Made by a program: the position numbers and the translations under genes
The notes under the pieces: generated by a model
The model's input: the letters and a program-made list of their open reading frames with translations, nothing else
Databases searched by the model: none
What the model was told of the DNA's origin: nothing
NCBI GenBank assembly: GCA_017654855.1
Contig: CM030332.1
Span: 6,820,001 to 6,884,000, forward strand
Source of the DNA: Podospora anserina
Taxonomy: Eukaryota
DNA: 64,000 nucleotides
Direction: 5' to 3'
Shown: in pieces, positions 11,985-22,292 of the stretch
Layout of the letters: each line of letters opens with the position of its first letter
Position numbering within the stretch: the stretch's first letter is position 1

Positions 11985-14100
11985 TCTCATACGGCCTTTG
12001 CCTCGAGCCTTGATCGACTTTTAGGGATTCACAAACCATTTGACTCGCGTCTCTTCGGTGCCGATTGTCCCGTAATTGCGAAACTGGGAACGCTCAATGG
12101 AAAATGTGGTGTCGTCTGCGGCGCAGTGCAGCATGGAACCCAGCTGTCTTATCAACCCCTCACTCTCACAACAATATACCCGATGGCACCATGCCGGATG
12201 GTTTGGCAAGATGGAATTCCTGTTTTATATCCTATTTCCCATACACACAAAGCCTCTTCTCAAGTCCTGTGCTGGACCTGCTGTATCTCATGTCCTCAGT
12301 TGCCAAAAAGGCAACTGGCCTGCTGCATGCCCGGCGGCCAAGGATTCTCCAACACAACAACAATTCAGGTGCCTGGGCGGCGAGGGTCCAGCACATCGGC
12401 TCCACGGAGGTGCAAGAGGTACAGAACAAGAGGGCTGTCTCGCATGCCGCTGGGGAAAGACACGACGGGTTTCAGGCGCCTGTTTTCTGCATACAAAGTG
12501 AAGCTATGCAGTAGTATTGTCAAGCCACCAGATGGAAATAGCCAAGAGGCACTCACAACCACAGGAAACCAAGTCAACAGGCACGGGCATCACGACCCGA
12601 CGCACGCCCGGCGGTTCTAAAGATGGCGAGTAGCCGTCCAGACCAACCACGGGGCAGCCGTTTCGACCCTTGCCTGCCAAGATCTTCTGCCAAGCCGCAC
12701 CGATGCCCCTCCCCTAGCCCTACGCACCGTTTGTTTCGCGGCTTGCTGCCTCTTGATGATGCCAGCTTCCGAGCCTTTGAAAGAACATATCGCCATGGCC
12801 ATGGTCTAGAAACTATTCAGAGACAATGTTCGGGATTCTACAGAATGGGAATAAACCGTCCCAGGCGTCTGTCTGATGGGCTTCTCTATTTTCTGCTGTC
12901 TCGTCAGTCCCGCGACACAGAGCCACGAGGCTCAACATCCCGCTTCCCGTTCGTTTCGCTTCCATGCCACTTGTGCCCCTCCCAGCTGCCGTTGGTGCCC
13001 CTCCACCCACTCACATGAAGAGGTTTCGTTCAGGGTGGAAGAGCGGGGCCCATCTCTGCGCTACATTCACCTAACCAGCCTCCTTTGCTCTGTCGGAGCA
13101 CACGCACGCAACGGGGGACATGGAACCTAACCAAGCAGTCTCACAGTTCCCCCCTCTCAGCCCCCAAGACAGGTACTCAAGGAAAATGAGATGCTACCAG
13201 GCTCCGTCTCCCGCCCTGATGCCGTCCATCTCTGGTTTTCTAGAGCAAGTGAGGTGGTAGGACAGTTCTCCCCCACCAAGATGAGCAAGTCGCTCATGGG
13301 CCAACCACACGGCGGCCGCACCTTGGAAAAGACAGTTCTTATCCCCCCCTCCACTAGGAGCACACGATACCTAGCTCGTCCCGAGGGCCACAAGTGTGGC
13401 ACACCTTGGGCCAGTCCTATCACGCGTTGGTCCCGAGTACCTAGCTGGAGTTTATCTAGCAACGGGTAAGGCATGGCTTCTTATGCCGCACTGCACAGTT
13501 GGGAGTGTACAACCTGGCAGCCCCATGGTCCAAAGGCAAGATGAACAGAGGGCAGAGGACGGCAGCCGGGAGGGAGCTGAGATGCTGACAGACGCAGACG
13601 GAGAGGTACTTGGTGCGGACCAGTGGTACAGTCATATGCATAGAGAGGTACTTGACACTAACCCTCTCACATCCCTGACAGTCCCCAGGCCCCGAATGTC
13701 CCTCCCCCTACCGCCCTCCACGCTGATTTGCTCCTGATGCATCTCCGCTCCCTCTCTTGACCGCCGCCGAATAATAAATGGTGGGTCACACCCCGCTTCT
13801 GTTGGCGGCTTACAATTCCTCCTGACCCCTCCGTCGTGCCACGCCGGCCGTCTTTCCTCACCTTCTTCGCTTTTCGATTTTCTTTCCGAAGGGTGTTTTC
13901 CATCTTTCCAGTCTTGAGTAGACATATCGCCCAAGTGTTTGGTTCGGGGATATCACTCCCAACGCTTGAGCTTAGTATACCCTCTCTCTTGGGACTGGGA
14001 ACAATACGTAAGAACGGCCCATTCTGGCCTGTCCTCTCCTCTTTTCACCCTTGACTCACCGCGGCTTCCTTAGCGACAAAGACCTACTACCACCGCCACC

Positions 14101-16232
14101 ATGCCCCGGTCTTCTTACTTGTCGAGTGACGACGAGTCCGTCGACATCACCTACAGGCGCTATGCTGCTGCCCGCGACCGGTCTAGAGGGCCTTCTGGCC
14201 CCCCTCCTCCTCCTCCTGGTGGCCCGCCTCATTTCATCCAGACTGTAGTCCGCGATGCCCGGGACACCCGCCCTTCGGGTCCCACGGGTTACTTCCAGGG
14301 CCCTTCATTCCTCAACTCAACCGACCAGCGAGAAATGACCATGGTCCGCGCCCGCTCAAGAGAGCGCCGCTCCCCTCCCATCGTCGCCGGCCCTCCCCAG
14401 CCCCCTCCCCCTCCGGCCGTGGTGATCAACCAGAACAGGATCAACCAAGGCCAAGGTCGGTCCCGCCGCGGCTCCAGCTCCTCCTCGGACGAGTCCAGCC
14501 ATGTCTCCTCCCGCTTTCACCACCACTCCCACTCGCGGCACCGCTCCCACTCCCGCGTGGGCCACTCCCGTTCCTCGTCCACTCACTCCCACCTCGAAGA
14601 CGCCCGCGAAAGGTGGGAGCTCGAGCGGGCCCGGGAGCAGCTCCGCGCCATGCAGGTCAGCAACGAGCGCAGGGAGCAGGAGCGCCAGCTCGAGCGCTAC
14701 ACCGACGAGAAGTTTGGCCGGGCCCAGGCCGACCGGGAGCTGGAGCGCCTCCGCCGCGAGGACGAAGCCCGCCGGCGGGAGGAGATGGCCGAGGAGAAGG
14801 CCAACCGGAACAAGTCCGACTGGGAGCTGGAGCAGCTCCGCCGCGAAAAGGAGGCGAGGCGGGCGCAGGAGATGGCCGAGGAGAAGGCCAACCGCAACAA
14901 GTCCGACTGGGAGCTCGAGCAGTACCGGCGTGAGAAAGAGGCCAAGCGCCAGCAGGAGCGCATGGCGGAGGCGTCCTCGCGGGACAAAGCCAGCTGGGAG
15001 CTGGCGCACTACCGCAAGGAGAAGGAGGAGATGGAAACTCGGGAGCAGATGGAGGCCCGGCTCAGGCTTCAGCAATTGAGAGAAAAGGATGAGGCGGAGG
15101 CTGCTAGGCAGAGGTATGAGCTCGAGAAGTTCCTCAAGGAGGAGGAGGAGAGGCAGATCAGAGAGAAGTACACCGATGAGTACGAGCTTGATAGGCTCCG
15201 GCATGAGATTGGCCGCATCAAGCGTCGTGAGGAGGAGATGAAGCGGGAGAGGCACGAGGAGGAGGAGCGCCAGCTGAGAGACGCCAAGGCCGAGCTTGAC
15301 CGGATAAAGAAGAAGGAGGAGGAAGCCAGGAGGGAGAAGCAGAAGGAGGAGGAGCAGGAGTACAAGATGGGCAAGGCTGAGCTGGACAGGCTCAAGAGGC
15401 AGAAGGAGCAGGAGGAGCGTGATAGGCACTATAAAGAAGACGCCGAATTCCGCGCGGCCAAGGCAGAGCTCGATAAGATCAAGGCTGAGAAGGCTCGCAA
15501 GGCGGAGGAAGAGCGGATCGCCCGGGAGATCGAGCTCAAGAAGCTCGCCGAGGAGAAGAAGGCTGCTGAGGAAAAGGCAAAGAGGGAGAAGGAGGAGGAA
15601 GAGGCTGTTGCTCGGTGGAAGGCCAAGGAAGCCGAGCGGATCGCCAAGGAGAAGGCTGAGGAGGAGGCCAGAGAGAAGGAGTTCCAACGCCGCCTCCAGG
15701 AGCAACTCATCCACTCCGGCCTCGACGAGAAGGCCATTGAGGCCATCCTGAAGAAGGAGAAGATCAAGAAAGACAAGGAGAAGAGGGACAGGGAGGATGA
15801 GAGGGAACGCGAAAGGGAACGCGAGAGGGACAACAACAATCAGATTGCCAGGCCGACCTACACCAGAATGTCCCTGAGGCACTTGGACATTGAGACGTTG
15901 GCCCATTTCAGGATCGAGTGGGAGTGGGATGCGGTACGTTTTTCACCTGTCTTTTTTTTTCTCTTTTTCCAAGACCTGATTGCTAATAATGATGTCATCA
16001 ACAGGAGCCCGGTTACATCCTCATCAAGCGCTGGGTGCCCGAGTGGGAGCAGCAGCAGCTCTGGGAGCACACCAAAAAGATCCGCATCGTCGAGAAGAGG
16101 AAGGAGGAGAAGGTCGTCCTCAAGATCAAGGACCACCGCGAGGAGGACGACAAGTACGAGTTTGTGCGCCGCCGCCGTCGGTCCAAGTCCCCCAGTTTGC
16201 TCATGTACTTGGCTGGTGGCCGGCCCGCGTGA
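14101..16232 (+). CDS. Uncharacterised protein: disordered N-terminus, long E/R/K-rich helical region, small C-terminal globular domain; 1 intron (~15934-16004)
   Basis: Long ORF with strong coding bias. A GTACGT...GCTAAT...CAG intron joins RPTYTRMSLRHLDIETLAHFRIEWEWDA to EPGYILIKRWVPEWEQQQLWEHTKKIR...LAGGRPA*. Confidence 0.8.
14782..15030 (+). repeat. In-frame tandem repeat of 87-90 nt (29-30 aa, EMAEEKANRNKSDWELEQ.RREKEA.R.Q), ~3 copies
   Basis: GAGATGGCCGAGGAGAAGGCCAACCG starts at 14782 and 14869; a diverged third copy starts near 14959. Confidence 0.85.
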
Positions 16233-16709
16233 ACTGTTTTCGGCTTCTTTCGGTCTTGTCTGTCGCGATGGATACCCATCTTTTCTTCTCACTCCTTGGA
16301 ACTTTTTTTTTTGTTCGACGATTACGTTAGGGTTGGGAGGGTTGTTGGTCGGGGAGGAATTGGATACGACATTGGGTAGGAAAAGAGGGAGAATGATGAC
16401 GGGATGAAGATATGATGATTGTTTTTTTCTTCTTTTTTTTTTCTTTTTTGGACATGTTCTTTGCGGGTTGAGATAGTTTTGTTTATTCTCGTATAAATAC
16501 CAAGTCCTTCTAACTCCAAGGCATGACTACACAGAAAAGTTGAATATCACAGAACTGCTTTGGTTTTGTCTTTCAGCATTCATCATACATGCCCCCGATT
16601 TTCCGTTGATATAATACAATGCATCCCCCATCCGTCCATGACATGAGCGTAGAGGCCAAATATGTGTACAGATGTCATGACACATAAACACAGCTCGTCT
16701 CTGTATCTC

Positions 16710-17742
16710 CTATAACTTCCCCACCTCCTTCTCCCCTCCCCTAACCCCATCCTTCTTCGTCCAGCTCCCCTCCGCCCGTCTAATCAACTCCTCATACACC
16801 GTCCAAGCAAGCGCACTACTCGCCGCCTTCCTCCCCATCCTCAACCCCAACCCATCCATCAAGCTCCTCAGCCCTTCCTCGCTCACCATCCTCTTGGCGG
16901 CATGCACCATATTCCTGTAGCCATCCGGCTGAAGCTGAATCCTCGTCTTAACCGCATCAAACGGGTTGCTGATCGCCGAGCAGACCGCCCCGGAGAATAT
17001 CGCGCTGGCAAAGTTGATTGTGGCTGCGCCTCCGTTTCCGGATTTGTCCATGTAGAGGTTGGAGAGGTGCTTTTTGGACTGTTCGTAGAATAATATGTAG
17101 AGACCAGCATAGGGAGCGTCCCGGATAGCGGTGGCGCCAAAGCCGGAGAAGAACCCACGGATGCCCTCGTGTCGGTAGATGTCTAGCGCTGCGCGGGGGA
17201 GGGAGTTGTAGTTGTACAATGTCGACTCATATCTCACCTTCAGCACCGTCAAAGGCATGAGAATAAACCCCGCGAAACTCCTGGCTACTGCTCCCGATGT
17301 CAAATTGGCGATGTGGGAAAGTTTCGGGAGGGTGGAGGAGTGGTTATTCGCGTTGGCTAACGCTGGAGAGGACAGACGGTGACGGATCGAGTTGAGGGAG
17401 GTGAAGTAGATTGCGGAGCCGAAGCCGGTTCGCAAGGCCGAGGGAACGGCACCGCGCCATAGGGCTGGGAGGAGGTGAGGAGCCGAGCGGATTTCGGCGA
17501 GGGCGAGGCGGAGGGCCGAGGCGCCGTGGGGGTGATGCGGGGTGGAGTGGGAGGTTCGTTGCTGGACGCGGGTTTTGAGGAGGTCGATTGGTTGGAGGAG
17601 GACGGCGGAGGTTATGCCGGAGGAGAGGCCGGCTAGGAAGTGGAAGGCTGAGGGGGGGAAAGATGGTTAGATTGAGCGAGGATGGGAAGGGGGAGAAAAC
17701 CGTACTCGACTTCGGAGACGTCTTGCGGGCGCCATCGGACAT
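16710..17742 (-). CDS. HEM25: Mitochondrial glycine carrier (Hem25/SLC25A38 family), 1 intron
   Basis: Spliced N-terminus ...[30 protein letters not shown]; carrier motifs [11 protein letters not shown] and [10 protein letters not shown]; family-typical [14 protein letters not shown] and [15 protein letters not shown]. Confidence 0.88.
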
Positions 17743-18351
17743 GGTTGCGCTGGGTGGAAGTGATTTGCGCGGATCGCGGGTTGGGTGTGTTCCTGGTCCG
17801 AGATTCTTTTCCCAGCGATGGTTGCGGTGTCAGGAGGTAGTGGCCTGAGTTCGCGCTGCTGTGGCGTTTCGTCGGCTGTCACGATGCTTTAGAGATGGTG
17901 GCAGAGGCGTCTGGGTTGTGGACCAGCCATAGTGTGAGATGATTTTATATAGGAGACGCCATGCTGTTGAAGAACCTCGAAAAAAGTGAACGCGCCGTTG
18001 AGGGTGCTGACCTGGTGTTCAGTTCAGATGAAAAGGTTGGGGTTTTGCGGTAAATCCGCTTTGGAAGACAGGGCCTATGACGGCATGGGAATCCTGTAAT
18101 TTTTTCGGTCCCCGATCAAGTCGAGGTGGGGAACTACCCCGCCGTCCGGTCCGCCCCGGAGTTGCCGGGTTGACCCGAGCAACTACTCGGCCCCGGGGGT
18201 TCCACCAATGCCGAGTGACGCCCAAGGGGGAGCTGAAAAAAAAGAAAGAAAAAAACAAGGTGATAATCAGAATGGAATTATAATGATATTATCATCTGAT
18301 GAACCGTCATATCGCCCGCTTCTGTAACTTGTAGTTGTCACAGTCTCCCAA

Positions 18352-19662
18352 TCACCCCTTCTTCTGCTCCCCCACGATAGACTCCAGCCTCCCAGCCAAC
18401 GCCTTGTGTCTCTTGACAACCTCAACCCACTCCTCCTCCGCCTCTGGTCCAACATCCAAGCTCGCCAAAAACAGCCCAAAATCACCTCCCAATCTTTCCA
18501 AACTTCCTGCGCAATACAGAACCTGAGTGAGCAGACTGTCCCTCGCTCCCTGGTCTTTCACGGTAGGCAAATACACGCGTAGGGTCTCCAATAGCATGTC
18601 GACCAGGTAGAGAGGGAAAGTAGCAAGCGCAGATGGAATCGGCTCCAGTGGGTCATCGCTCCCAGTTGTCGCTGCTGGCCCATCTGTTGCCACCGCCGTG
18701 GTAGTCGGAAACAGCTTGAGGAACATGTTCACGATAGCAAAACTCTGCTCACGGAAGATCTCAATGTACCGCTTCAGATATCTTTCCGTCTGCTGCCCAC
18801 CAGACCAGGCGTTTCCGCTGCCAATGGCCTTTTGGCGGGCCTTTTCTTGATCGGCGAGTTCCCTAAGTGGTTCGAGGGCTTCGAGCATTGTCATGAGGGT
18901 TGCCAGGCGGCAGACAAGCAACACTGCCCCCAGCGCCCTCTCTCGAGCATCGCTACTCTTTGAGCCGTTGTTTGTTGGTGCAGTGGCAACTGCCTCCAAA
19001 TCCGGCAAGACTCTGCGAAGCCAGCTGATGGTTCGGAGGGCAGCAGGGAGTTTGAGACCAGGAGCTTTGAGAGAGAGGATGAGGTTGGCCGCCATATTTC
19101 GCATGACATCGTCAGCCTCGGCGGAGATGGATGTAACAAGAGGTGACTTTGGGTAGAGCGAGTGCAGTCGCCGGATATGACCGTTCAAGTCCAGTGCTGA
19201 GGAGTAGTTGACTGGGGCTGTCGAGATAGACGAGGAGAGGAGGGGCGGTAGCTCGAGGACGTCGACGAGCCGCTCGACGTTGCGCGAGAGAAGCAATGCC
19301 TTTTTTCGCCGGGCGAGAACATCATTGTCGCTGTCTCTGTTGTAGGTGGTTGCGAACCGCACTGCTTCACTATCCAGCCTTGGGAGGGCATTTCGCAGCT
19401 CAGCGGTGCTTGCTGCCAAGGCAGGCAACGTAGTGCGGAGTGACGCGTGATGAGTTGCCGATTCGATGATCTGCTTGTGAGATTTCTTGGAAAGCGATTG
19501 AAGTGAGAGCAGGAGCGCGTGAGATGAGTGTGCGAGCGCTTGAGGTTCGCTTGATTCGAGTGATGATAATGGCTGGGACGCCAGTGTTGTGAGGTACTCG
19601 AGAAAACTCGCATCGGGAGTCGTCCCTGACGGTAAAAGAAGATCATATAAAAGGTCCGCCAT
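18352..19662 (-). CDS. COG8: Conserved oligomeric Golgi complex subunit 8 (Dor1 family)
   Basis: 436-aa single-exon ORF with LVDVLELPPLL, LKLPAALRTISWLRR, YLKRYIEIFREQSFAIV and DSLLTQVLYCAGSLERLGGDF. Confidence 0.88.
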   Translation of the reverse strand: MADLLYDLLLPSGTTPDASFLEYLTTLASQPLSSLESSEPQALAHSSHALLLSLQSLSKKSHKQIIESATHHASLRTTLPALAASTAELRNALPRLDSEAVRFATTYNRDSDNDVLARRKKALLLSRNVERLVDVLELPPLLSSSISTAPVNYSSALDLNGHIRRLHSLYPKSPLVTSISAEADDVMRNMAANLILSLKAPGLKLPAALRTISWLRRVLPDLEAVATAPTNNGSKSSDARERALGAVLLVCRLATLMTMLEALEPLRELADQEKARQKAIGSGNAWSGGQQTERYLKRYIEIFREQSFAIVNMFLKLFPTTTAVATDGPAATTGSDDPLEPIPSALATFPLYLVDMLLETLRVYLPTVKDQGARDSLLTQVLYCAGSLERLGGDFGLFLASLDVGPEAEEEWVEVVKRHKALAGRLESIVGEQKKG

Positions 19663-20316
19663 TGTATATATGGGGCTTCTTTCGCTTGGTTGATGGTGAC
19701 CTGGGCCTTTGTTTGCGGAAGGTTGATGAGATCACACTGGGGACGGAGAGGACAGGTGTAGCGAGCGATGTGAATGTCAACGCTTGAGTGGTATCGGGAA
19801 TCGTGACGAGATCCCAGGCTTTCTTTGCCGGCCTCCTTGTGAACTATGTCGCTGTTGTCGAATATCGAACTCGCGTCTCGCCGTTAAACTGAAGGCTGGC
19901 TGCCCATCTGTCCGCTGATATGGAAGTGTTGATGCCCTCTCGCTAGTCGTTAGTTCCAATGGAATGCCTGCAGTGTGGTGAGAGATTGGCTAACAGACTC
20001 GGGTGTGGGGTAGGTAGCACTATGTTAGTGTGCTGTATTTCCTGGCCGGAGCGCACTGATCTCTGAAACATCAACCAAAGGCTCAACATTGAGACATTCA
20101 AAAATACGAAAAAATCAGCTTTAAACATCAAATCATCGATCGTACAGACACTTCGACTCCCATATTATACACTAGCTATTTACTATCAACAAAAAAGCAC
20201 GCCTCTTTTCTCGCCATCTTTCTGCCATCATCCTCTCTAGCCTCCGTTTGTTACCGTGGTCTGTGACAGTTCGGGGGTGGGGTCGAGAATACATGACTTC
20301 CGAGTCCCTCTCTCCT

Positions 20317-21807
20317 TCAAGTTCCTGTTGATGTTGCCTTTTTAGGCGTTGTTGAACGTAATGCACTTTTTGGCCCTTTCCTCCTTTCAATCTTTTCGCC
20401 TTCGATCATCTTTACCTTCGGATTCGACGTTGCTTCCACCACTGACGCACCAATTGCGCGAGCCAGCATGGCCAACCACACCAGCATGATGCCTCTCAGC
20501 CATATCGAGACCGGGTTACCCATATCCACTGGGCTACCTTTTTGTGGTCTAACCTCGTTGGTTTCTTCCGCAGCCGTGCTCTCAGTACTCGAGCTGTTCC
20601 CGCAGCCGCTCTGTTCATCCTCATCGGCATCCTCGGACGAGTTTACACAAGTGGTGGAGTCCAAAGTTTCCGAGACTTGATCTGCCTCTGGACTGGCTTG
20701 CTCGTGAGCTACTGGCGGAGGAATGAGCTGCGATGCTATTCGCAAGCTGTCTAGAGAATCGCTGGCGGGAAGTGGAGGAGGGCGGTCCGGTTGTGATATC
20801 CTGACATTCCCGTCGATGTTTCCCGACGACACTTCCTCTATCCTCCCCGTTGGTGGCATTGTCTCGACACTGGGCTGTTGCGGATGGTATACCGGCGGCA
20901 TTGGAGACGTGGCCACAGGCCGATAGTGTGCTGGCAAAGCATCGGGCATTTCCATCGGGATCCTCGCCATGTTTTCGTACTCCATCTGCAGATGCAGCTC
21001 ACGAGCCATTCGATCCAGCCGGAGCGGGCATGAGTAACCGTTTGCCCATTCAATCTTGGTAACTATTTCCTTTTCCCCGTCACGGAACTTGAACATCTTC
21101 ATGAACTCGTCTGAGAACTTGGAGAGTTTTCCGCTAATCTCGACCGTCATATAGAACCGTGTCGCATTGTGCTCGAGCACGAAGGCTGTGTGGATAAGGT
21201 TGTTGTGTGATGGTTGATACTCGAATGTGTTCTCCTTCAGCTCCCATTTCAAGGTGTTGTACCAGATCGAGCCCTTCGTCGAGGAGATATGACCCTCAAA
21301 GTTCCAGCGACTCCCCCCAGTCACGGTCTTTTCTTTGTCGATACCCAGCCCACCGGCACCATATCCCAACACGTTGACATTTGGCGTTCGATTGACGAGC
21401 TTTCTCGTTTGGACCAAGGTTTCTCGGCCGCGGATGTGTTTTGGGCCGTAATGGTCGGTGAATTTGACTGGGCAAGAGGAGCGATGCTCAATGCGTGCGT
21501 CTTCGCCATCTTCCTCGGTCAATTTCACAGATACAGTTGCTGATTCGAGTTTGCAGTCTGGGGGTTGGTGAAAGTCTAGATCGAGGTACAATATGCCAGC
21601 TGGGTTTTGTGACTCCCCAAGTACACCCCAGCGGGATTTGGTGAACATGAAGCGGCAATCAACCTCGACTTTGCCAATGCTTCCACGGCCTGCTCGCATG
21701 TGGGATGAGGCTATATGGTCGAATCGTTCATAATCGCGCCGTCCATATCTCCCACGCTTTTTGACCTTCAGCTCGGGTGAGGTCCATGTGTCTTCCATTG
21801 TCGACAT
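20317..21807 (-). CDS. Hypothetical protein (~496 aa): beta-rich N-terminal domain, disordered linker, C-terminal hydrophobic helix
   Basis: Long stop-free ORF, first ATG at 21807. No family recognised. Confidence 0.75.
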   Translation of the reverse strand: MSTMEDTWTSPELKVKKRGRYGRRDYERFDHIASSHMRAGRGSIGKVEVDCRFMFTKSRWGVLGESQNPAGILYLDLDFHQPPDCKLESATVSVKLTEEDGEDARIEHRSSCPVKFTDHYGPKHIRGRETLVQTRKLVNRTPNVNVLGYGAGGLGIDKEKTVTGGSRWNFEGHISSTKGSIWYNTLKWELKENTFEYQPSHNNLIHTAFVLEHNATRFYMTVEISGKLSKFSDEFMKMFKFRDGEKEIVTKIEWANGYSCPLRLDRMARELHLQMEYENMARIPMEMPDALPAHYRPVATSPMPPVYHPQQPSVETMPPTGRIEEVSSGNIDGNVRISQPDRPPPLPASDSLDSLRIASQLIPPPVAHEQASPEADQVSETLDSTTCVNSSEDADEDEQSGCGNSSSTESTAAEETNEVRPQKGSPVDMGNPVSIWLRGIMLVWLAMLARAIGASVVEATSNPKVKMIEGEKIERRKGPKSALRSTTPKKATSTGT

Positions 21808-22292
21808 CAGGAGCTTGGTTGGCTGGGTCCCAGACACGTGGGAATCACAAAAGCTCAACTCAGGCCTGATGCTGCGGACTTTTCGAACAGATGTAGTGGG
21901 GTGCTAACGATGATAACAAAACATTTGGGCCGCGGGGGATTTGTGCTGGTGCAGGCTGTGCAACATGGATGCCTCACTTGAGCTGCACAGGCGGGTCGTC
22001 TTGATGCGAGCCAGCTTGGCCAAGCCCCTGCGATTCGCCAGAGATGCAGCCTTCTCGTTTCGAATTGGCGCTGCTTACTTCTTCAGGGTATGCTGCGGAA
22101 CAGCGTCTCATGGGCTCTCGGCAAGGCTGCGAGACGCTCCATGTAGTGCCCACCCCCCGCATGGCATCAAGACAGAGTTTCGCAAAGACTTTGGAAGAAC
22201 GCAGCCAGCAGAAATAGGCATAGAAAGGCTCTGTTACTGGCCGTCACGGTCTACCTCTTCGTCTTTCTCCTTTCGGCCACTCTGTTTGCGCC

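Noticed and set aside
15934..16407. ORF-track extension of the 14101 ORF to 768 aa
   Set aside because: It reads through a canonical intron; the spliced frame ending at 16232 gives a more protein-like C-terminus.
16710..16725. HEM25 ends in GKL, PTS1-like
   Set aside because: It is a polytopic mitochondrial carrier with an acidic upstream context; probably coincidental.
20317..21807. Assignment of the orphan as an RCD-1/HET-Q1-type gasdermin
   Set aside because: I see no gasdermin-like N-terminal signature and no adjacent protease gene; kept only as an unassigned beta-rich domain.
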